Assembly: GCF_000341395.1 (NCBI RefSeq)
Contig: NC_020304.1
Location: forward strand, 390,001 to 422,000
Length of the DNA: 32,000 nucleotides
Direction of reading: 5' to 3'
Origin: Desulfocapsa sulfexigens DSM 10523
Lineage (GTDB): Bacteria; Desulfobacterota; Desulfobulbia; Desulfobulbales; Desulfocapsaceae
The notes beneath the pieces are model-generated. The model made no database searches and had not been told where the DNA came from. It saw only the letters and a list, made by a program, of their open reading frames with translations. Below, piece by piece: positions 25,429 through 32,000 of the stretch (positions are counted from its first letter, which is position 1; each line of letters opens with the position of its first letter). The translations under genes and the position numbers were made by a program.

Positions 25429-27017
25429 ATACTTCCTACAACAACTCGGTTTTTGCCCGATCTTTTTGCCTGATAGAGTGCCCTGTCGGCCCGTTTTAGC
25501 AGTTCGCTCTTCCCAAGCCCCCCGGCAAACTGAGCGATCCCGAAACTGCTTGTTACCTTCAGCCTTGCAGCCGCTGTAACAATCACAGCATCCTGAAGGA
25601 CACAGCGTATTTTTTCACAGAGGTGGAGGGCCTGTTCCACGGAGGTATCGGGCAGGAGTATGGTAAACTCCTCTCCACCCCACCTGGCCACAAAATCCTG
25701 TTCTCTGGTGTTACGCTGCAGGAGTTCTGCAAGCGACTTTAGAACCTCGTCGCCAGCATCATGGCCATGGGTATCATTCACCTCTTTAAAATTGTCGACA
25801 TCAAGCAATACCAGAGAAAATGGCTCTTTTCTTCTTCTTGCCTCCCTGGTGATCTGGTTAAAAATAAGATCAAAGTGCTGACGATTCGCCAATCCGGTCA
25901 GGCGGTCGGTCATGGCCATATCTTCATAACGAGCCTTTGTTTTCTCCTGTCGAAAATAGACATACCCACCAACCATAAAACAGGCCGCAACTACAAGGAC
26001 TCCAAACATTACCTTTGAAAGCCGCTGTTGGGAGTCACTTAAGGTCTGGTCGGCCCGGTAACTGACAAAATAGGCAGCAGTATCCCCTTTTATATTTTCC
26101 ACGGGTAGAAAAGTGGCTATCAGAGTCTTCTTTTCCTTAGGAACAGAGGCGACAACGGAGAAGGCCTCACCATCCTGAAGCCTTGAGTCAATTTTCTCAC
26201 GAAGCTGGCTGTTTATTTTTTTCAAGGTGGCAAAGGAAACAATATTCAGGGCGGGCAGGGCCTCCCTGGTCCGACTCACCACCTCTTTCAGCTTCACATG
26301 ATATGAAGAAACCCTGCACTGTTCATAATACGAGCGGGCACTGTCCAAAATCGTTTTATCAATAATATCTGACCGTATCATAAAGGAATAGATGGCTGGA
26401 AATATGCGGGTGGCAAGGTTTCTAATGGCCAGAAACGGAAAAGAGATTTCCACACTTCCGACAAATTCACCGCGATAATACAGGGGATAGACATTGCGAA
26501 ATCCATAAATAACAACCCCTTCCTCAAAGCCGTTTATGGCCTTGCCGGTTTCATTCACCAGGCCAATAGAGTACCGTACACCTTCCAATGAATCGCCGAA
26601 GAGAGCTGGTTTATGAAAGCGAAGAAAACTGATGCTGCCAGGCAGATGGAAGTGCAGGATACTTTTACCACCCTGTCCCTGTAGATTTCGGTACAGTGGC
26701 AGCAGCTTGTAATAGAGGGCTTCCCGCTTGCGTTGCTGTTCCATGGCAGAACCCTTGCTGGCTGTTGCCATGGTGGAAAGTATGTCCTCCTTATTGATAA
26801 TATTGCTAAAGAGGGCATCTGCCAGGCTATTCAGAGAATAGATAAGAGCCTTCAGCTGATACTCCTGCTGGATCGTCGCGTTTTCCAGATAGTTAGATTC
26901 CCGTTCTTTTTTTTGAAAATAGAGGAAACTGAGTACTAGAGACGTAAAAATGGTTACGAGAAGCACATGATACAAAAATTTGTTTTTGATTTCTGCCATA
27001 AAGATAGACGCTCTCAT
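25425..27017 (-). CDS. membrane sensor diguanylate cyclase (GGDEF domain)
   Basis: 'DRLTGLANRQHFDLIFNQITREARRRKEPFSLVLLDVDNFKEVNDTHGHDAGDEVL' and 'DFVARWGGEEFTILLPDT'. Confidence 0.93.
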   Translation of the reverse strand: MRASIFMAEIKNKFLYHVLLVTIFTSLVLSFLYFQKKERESNYLENATIQQEYQLKALIYSLNSLADALFSNIINKEDILSTMATASKGSAMEQQRKREALYYKLLPLYRNLQGQGGKSILHFHLPGSISFLRFHKPALFGDSLEGVRYSIGLVNETGKAINGFEEGVVIYGFRNVYPLYYRGEFVGSVEISFPFLAIRNLATRIFPAIYSFMIRSDIIDKTILDSARSYYEQCRVSSYHVKLKEVVSRTREALPALNIVSFATLKKINSQLREKIDSRLQDGEAFSVVASVPKEKKTLIATFLPVENIKGDTAAYFVSYRADQTLSDSQQRLSKVMFGVLVVAACFMVGGYVYFRQEKTKARYEDMAMTDRLTGLANRQHFDLIFNQITREARRRKEPFSLVLLDVDNFKEVNDTHGHDAGDEVLKSLAELLQRNTREQDFVARWGGEEFTILLPDTSVEQALHLCEKIRCVLQDAVIVTAAARLKVTSSFGIAQFAGGLGKSELLKRADRALYQAKRSGKNRVVVGSI

Positions 27018-27053
27018 CCAATTTCTCAGTTCTAGCGGTAAAGAAGCACCCCG

Positions 27054-29090
27054 TTACTGTTCCTGGGAAAGTACGGGCAACAGCACTCGGACGGTTGTTC
27101 CCCTGCCAACAGTACTCTCGACCAGTATGGCACCATGGTGGGCCTGCAGGATCCCTACAATCAAGGTAAGCCCAAGTCCTCTTCCTACAAATCTGGTGGA
27201 ATAAAAAGGTTCAAAAATCCGGGACAGATTCTCCGGACTGATACCATGGCCACTATCCCTTATCTGGCAAAATACGTACTGCCCGGCTTTTATGCCTGCT
27301 CCCTGGAAGATCACCGGAAAGGCACTTGCTGTAAAAAATTTGCTTCCAAAGGATACCTCGATCTCTCCTGCTTTGTCATCAAGAGACTCGACTGCATTGT
27401 CAACTATATTCTTAATGACATCCTTCATCTGCTGTGGATCCAGAAAACAGGAAAGTGGCTGATCCGCGGCAATAAAGTTGAGTGTAACTGAAGAGGGCAG
27501 GTCAACTTTCAGCAGCGAAACAATGCCCTTGACAATATCTGGAAGTGATTGCTGTTCAAGCCTGGAGGAATGCTGTCCCACATAGTTCAGCATCATCGAG
27601 CCAATCTGTGAAGCATCTTTTGCGGCCTGAACTGCACTCGAGGCCATTTCCTGCTGATCTGATCCCTCAGGCAGCGTATAAAGCATCATATTCAGATTAC
27701 CGAGCACTGCCGTCATGGTATTGTTAAAGCGATGGGCAATAGCTCCTGCCATTGTTTTCAGACTGGCAAGTTTTTTAAGTTCCTCTACCTGACGGCTTGT
27801 CTCTATTCGTTGTTCCTGAAGTTCTTTTTCTTTCGTGATATCACGAATTATCTCCATACAGGATATTGTACCGTCATGATTATCTATCGGTGTTGCCACA
27901 ACTTCAAAGATGCTTCCGTCACTCCGTTTAACCTCATAGTTCATCATTTTCTTCTGTTCAATCACCTCTTCCAGCTTGCAGAAGGAGCAGGGATCCCCCT
28001 GTTCCATAATGACACTATGGCAGGGCTGGCCGGGCCGACTTCCAAACCATTCAATCATCGTTTTATTCCGACTGTGGACACGATGATCTGAATCGATCAC
28101 ACACAGGCCAATACCGAGATTATCAATGGCTGTGATATACCTTTGCAGCTCCACGGTCCGCCTGGAAATCAACCCCTCAAGGTCATTTTGATGATTCCTC
28201 AGTTCCCTTTCCACCTCATAACGTTTCTGAATTGTTTGGTGAAAAGCGAGTGTGGCCGTTGCCAGATCTTTAAATTCGCCAATTCCCTTTTCCTCCATTC
28301 GAACCATCTCGGGCAATGGCAAGGGTGTCCCCCTTGTTTGAGCCAGAATATTTAAGGAACTGGCTACTTTTCCCAGCCAACGAGTCAATGTTTTTGCCAG
28401 GAGAATGGATAACAGCAGCATTACCATTAAAAACAGAGCTGTCCACAGCATCAAGCGACTCACAACATCATGGTAGGACTCCCTGCTCACCCTGTTCTGA
28501 GTAGTGGCATGGCTGGTCAGGCTCACAGAAATACTTTGCCGCTGGCTGAGCATTTCCATAAACAGATTCTGGGCATTTTTAATATGTTGCCCTGCCCGTT
28601 GCGGATCAATGGCTACAATATCTGTAGCCATGATAATAAAGGCTTGATACTTCTGGTAGCTTGAAAGCATGCTCTGGACATTCGCAGAAGTTGGCAGCAC
28701 CGTGCTCAGTCCCTCGACCAGAACCTTCAATTCTTCACCAAGATTCGCCAGATCATCAACGACGGCTGAGTGGATACGGTACAAATCAGCCTCATCCATG
28801 ACACCCTTTTCTGCATTGGCCAGGCTTCCTGCAACCATCTGATGGATTGCAACCATCTGCTGGTCCAGCCTGGTAATATCCGAAAGAAAGAGAAGATCCT
28901 GTTGTGCTGCTCTGAAACGCTCCCGGTTCTCTTTGTCGAGGGTATGCAGTGTCCAGAAAGCCAGAGATGCGGAAAATATGGCAACCAGAAACACAGGCAC
29001 AAGAAAGAGCCAGAAGAAGGTCCGTCCCTGTTTTCTCATATTCGGTTTCTGGCCCTTAATGCTACTGGAATGCGAAGAAGAAGTACTCAT
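27054..29090 (-). CDS. membrane sensor histidine kinase (HAMP, PAS, HisKA/HATPase)
   Basis: 'LASLKTMAGAIAHRFNNTMTAVLGNLNMML' H-box; 'DSGHGISPENLSRIFEPFYSTRFVGRGLGLTLIVGILQAHHGAILVESTVGRGTTV'; N-terminal TM + helical periplasmic domain. Confidence 0.93.
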   Translation of the reverse strand: MSTSSSHSSSIKGQKPNMRKQGRTFFWLFLVPVFLVAIFSASLAFWTLHTLDKENRERFRAAQQDLLFLSDITRLDQQMVAIHQMVAGSLANAEKGVMDEADLYRIHSAVVDDLANLGEELKVLVEGLSTVLPTSANVQSMLSSYQKYQAFIIMATDIVAIDPQRAGQHIKNAQNLFMEMLSQRQSISVSLTSHATTQNRVSRESYHDVVSRLMLWTALFLMVMLLLSILLAKTLTRWLGKVASSLNILAQTRGTPLPLPEMVRMEEKGIGEFKDLATATLAFHQTIQKRYEVERELRNHQNDLEGLISRRTVELQRYITAIDNLGIGLCVIDSDHRVHSRNKTMIEWFGSRPGQPCHSVIMEQGDPCSFCKLEEVIEQKKMMNYEVKRSDGSIFEVVATPIDNHDGTISCMEIIRDITKEKELQEQRIETSRQVEELKKLASLKTMAGAIAHRFNNTMTAVLGNLNMMLYTLPEGSDQQEMASSAVQAAKDASQIGSMMLNYVGQHSSRLEQQSLPDIVKGIVSLLKVDLPSSVTLNFIAADQPLSCFLDPQQMKDVIKNIVDNAVESLDDKAGEIEVSFGSKFFTASAFPVIFQGAGIKAGQYVFCQIRDSGHGISPENLSRIFEPFYSTRFVGRGLGLTLIVGILQAHHGAILVESTVGRGTTVRVLLPVLSQEQ

Positions 29091-29100
29091 CAGGAACAGA

Positions 29101-29760
29101 TCATAAATTTTTCAGGAGTTCCTGCCACTGTTGCGGTTCTATGCTGGCGACATATTCAAAGCCCTGTCCCCCAAGCGGCCTGAAAACCACAACAATTCCT
29201 TCCGGTGTCGGGAAATACCCCATTACATCCATCAGATTCGGTGCATGGGCAACAAGAACCAGATTTGTCCCTTCAGGCACCGGAGCTGAGAGCAAGCGCT
29301 TCGTATTGGCTATTCTGGGTACTTTTTCTCTGCTTGTCAGATTAGAGGTATACATCAGATATTCATTTGTAATAAACTCTGTCCCGAACGCTGCCATGGC
29401 AGTTTCCTTAGTCCTGCACATGGGACTGCTCTGGATCTCGCCAACCGGAATACCAGCCCGACGGATCGCCTCACCCACCTGCATAGAAATTTTCAGCCCC
29501 TCATCGGATAGCGGTCGCTGGGTTGAACAGTCATTCAGATCAACTCCTGGCACCAGGTCCGGACGTGATGTATCAGTGGGACCATGACGCATATACAGAA
29601 CATATCCTCCCTCCTGCAATTGCCTTATCGTCTCCACCGTTGCCGCCTTTCGTTCAAAGACGGGAAAATCTGCGGCGCTCACCACCTGGAAAGGAACGAT
29701 CAGTAAAAACACTCCGGCAAGGAAGCATTGCAGTTGACAGTTATACATATGTTTTTGCAT
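29101..29760 (-). CDS. exported histidine phosphatase (phosphoglycerate mutase-like / SixA-like) family protein
   Basis: Signal peptide 'LQCFLAGVFLLIVPFQVVSAA', 'YVLYMRHGPTD', 'IQSSPMCRTKETA', 'LVLVAHAPNLMDV'. Confidence 0.85.
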   Translation of the reverse strand: MQKHMYNCQLQCFLAGVFLLIVPFQVVSAADFPVFERKAATVETIRQLQEGGYVLYMRHGPTDTSRPDLVPGVDLNDCSTQRPLSDEGLKISMQVGEAIRRAGIPVGEIQSSPMCRTKETAMAAFGTEFITNEYLMYTSNLTSREKVPRIANTKRLLSAPVPEGTNLVLVAHAPNLMDVMGYFPTPEGIVVVFRPLGGQGFEYVASIEPQQWQELLKNL

Positions 29761-30022
29761 GGGCAGTCCTCATGTGTAAAAAAAACTCAATGTAAAACGA
29801 CAGCTAATCATAAGCTATTACCCATAACTTTCCAGTCAAATCGTGTTGTTCAGCGGAATTTTCTTCGGAAAAGAATCACAAAAGTGAGGGCAAGGTGTGG
29901 AGAGAATCTACAAAAAAATCAATTTACGGATCAGTAAACTGCTGTTTGATGTTTAGCCACAAATGGTCACGTAACCATACTGACTTCAGTCTATTTGGTA
30001 GAGCTGATTTCATATTCGGATT

Positions 30023-32000
30023 TTAACCGCTTGTGCCATTCAAACCTTTTTTCAAAATATTCTGCAGCTGATCCATGATGTAGGAGGCTTCTTTTTTCAG
30101 ATTCTTAAACAGCTGTTCACAGCCACCAAGGTTTCCTTCTCTTCCCTGCGTCTCCAGAGTATTGCAAATTTCGGACATCATGACGGCCCCCACTGCGCCG
30201 TTCATTGATTTCATAGTATGGGCCGCCTGGTGTAAGGCTTCGACATCCTGATTGCTGATTGCATCAGCCAGGGACTGCATTAAGATTGGAGCTCTCTCAA
30301 AATAGCTTTCAATAATACCCCTGATAATGTCAGGTCCGCCCTGTTGTTGTATTTGGAGGTAACTCTGCAACATTTGAACATCAAAGCGCATTTTTTCAGA
30401 TGGCAGATCATCCCCCTCATCATTCTCCCTGACGGTTCCACTCGTCTCCTGCTCCCATCCAGATGCCCATCTACTGAGGACAGAGTGAAGGTCCTTCTGA
30501 CATAGAGGTTTGCTCAAATAGTCATCCATTCCGGCTGCAAGACAGCGTTCACGGTCACCACTCAACGCGTGGGCTGTCAGGGCTATTATAGGAGTACGAG
30601 AGCTTCCGTTCTGTTTTTCGAACCTTCGTATTTCATCAGTTGCCATATAGCCATCAAGCTCGGGCATCTGGCAGTCCATGAAAATCAGATCATATTTCTT
30701 CCGTTTAACTGCTTCAACTGCCTCTCTGCCATTTACGACCAGATCTACCCTGCAGCCAAAAAATTTCAGCATCGCCTCGGCAACAATCTGATTGGTCCGG
30801 TTATCCTCGGCAAGGAGTACCTGGTAGTCATATATCCGGTTCTCCAGCACCTGTTCCTCCTCCTGGTATTCTGACAGAGCAGTGTCCTGATCTTGAGGGA
30901 TCTGCAAAAGAATGGAAAACCAGAAAACCGAACCTTTCCCGGGTTCACTTTCCACATCAATTGTTCCCTCCATCATTTCCACCAGTTGCCGTGAAATTGT
31001 CAGCCCCAGACCAGTCCCCCCATATTTTCGTGTTGTACTGCTATCTGCCTGGGAAAAGGTGTCAAAGACAGTTTTTATCTGTTCTCTAGCAATCCCGATT
31101 CCGGTATCACGCACCTCAAAACGCAACAGGCATGCCCCATCCCGCAGTTCTACAAGTAAGGCATTAACATTCACACTGCCGTGATTGGTAAATTTAATTG
31201 CATTACCAATGAGGTTAATAAGAATCTGACGTAATCGTGCCGGATCGCCATAGACGATTCTGGGAACACCTTCTTCAACACTAGTGGTCAGGGATAATTT
31301 TTTTTCATTGGCTGCCTGGGAAAACAAATCATAAACGGATTCGATCATCTCCCTGAGATCAAAATTGATTCTATCAAGTTCAAACCTCCCCGCCTCGATC
31401 TTTGAAAAATCAAGAAGCTCGTTGATTACATACAGAAGGTCTTTTCCGGAAGCGTGAATGGTTTGAACAAGCTGTCTGTGTTTCTCTGGCAGGTCTGCAT
31501 GAAGGAGCAAATCAGCCACCCCGAGAACCCCGTTCATTGGCGTTCTGATCTCGTGACTCATGTTGGCAAGAAATTCACTTTTGGCACGATTGGCTGCCTC
31601 AGCAGCGTCCTTTGCTGCGAGCAGTTGAACGGTCCGGTCTGCAACTTTTTGCTCAAGGGTCTGCTGGTATTGTTTAACTTCTTTTTGCGAAGTGCGCAGC
31701 CTGTCTGTCATCATGTTGAAATTCTCAGCCAAAACAGAGAGTTCAAGTCCACCTTCTATTTCAATACGACCAGTCAGATCACCTGTAGCGATTTTCTGGG
31801 TCGCCTTCGTCAGTGTTTTAATAGGGTTCGTGATTTTTCTGGTCAGGAACAGGGTTGCAAGTATGGCCAGGGTAAGAATACTGAAGGTAAGGGTAAAAAT
31901 TGCCCGTATGGCGTCATTAATCTGCTGACGCATGGGCTGTTTTGAGAGAATTAGACGGACGTAGCCGATCACTTCCGGCAAACCACTCTCCAGAGTACCA
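30023..32000 (-). CDS. hybrid histidine kinase (HAMP-HisKA-HATPase-REC-Hpt), N-terminus cut by window edge
   Basis: '[24 protein letters not shown]', '[25 protein letters not shown]...[15 protein letters not shown]', Hpt '[17 protein letters not shown]'. Frame stays open to the window end (adds [10 protein letters not shown]...), so 31981 is not the real start. Confidence 0.93.
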   Translation of the reverse strand, partial: GTLESGLPEVIGYVRLILSKQPMRQQINDAIRAIFTLTFSILTLAILATLFLTRKITNPIKTLTKATQKIATGDLTGRIEIEGGLELSVLAENFNMMTDRLRTSQKEVKQYQQTLEQKVADRTVQLLAAKDAAEAANRAKSEFLANMSHEIRTPMNGVLGVADLLLHADLPEKHRQLVQTIHASGKDLLYVINELLDFSKIEAGRFELDRINFDLREMIESVYDLFSQAANEKKLSLTTSVEEGVPRIVYGDPARLRQILINLIGNAIKFTNHGSVNVNALLVELRDGACLLRFEVRDTGIGIAREQIKTVFDTFSQADSSTTRKYGGTGLGLTISRQLVEMMEGTIDVESEPGKGSVFWFSILLQIPQDQDTALSEYQEEEQVLENRIYDYQVLLAEDNRTNQIVAEAMLKFFGCRVDLVVNGREAVEAVKRKKYDLIFMDCQMPELDGYMATDEIRRFEKQNGSSRTPIIALTAHALSGDRERCLAAGMDDYLSKPLCQKDLHSVLSRWASGWEQETSGTVRENDEGDDLPSEKMRFDVQMLQSYLQIQQQGGPDIIRGIIESYFERAPILMQSLADAISNQDVEALHQAAHTMKSMNGAVGAVMMSEICNTLETQGREGNLGGCEQLFKNLKKEASYIMDQLQNILKKGLNGTSG

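Overview
This window carries most of a molybdenum-nitrogenase (nif) gene set, probably from an anaerobic deltaproteobacterium-like (Desulfobacterota) organism; the taxonomy is inference only. Left side: the C-terminal end of a class I glutamine amidotransferase, nifV (+), a truncated modA remnant (-), nifA (-), a transglutaminase-like gene (-) and nifM (-). Then on + come nifH, nifI1, nifI2, nifD, nifK and eight small accessory genes: a NifB-like protein without radical-SAM cysteines fused to a NifX-like domain, a 2Fe-2S ferredoxin-like protein, a NifO/ArsC-like protein, a zinc-ribbon protein, a GNAT acetyltransferase, a HEPN-like protein, an unknown protein and a Nif11-domain protein. An AT-rich segment follows with a UspA gene and two gene remnants, then nifE, nifN and nifB (+). 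The right third, all on -, holds mntP, a DedA/YqaA-like gene, a tesA-like gene, an FtsX-type ABC permease and ATPase, a GGDEF protein, a histidine kinase, a secreted histidine phosphatase and a hybrid kinase cut by the window edge. Sigma54 -24/-12 sequences are visible before nifE (perfect), nifH, nifA and possibly nifM, with TGT-N10-ACA NifA-type UAS sites in the nifM/nifH and nifA upstream regions. The most interesting signals are the cysteine-less NifB paralogue and its accessory block (10874-14500), plus a perfect 33-bp direct repeat at 12289 and 20235.
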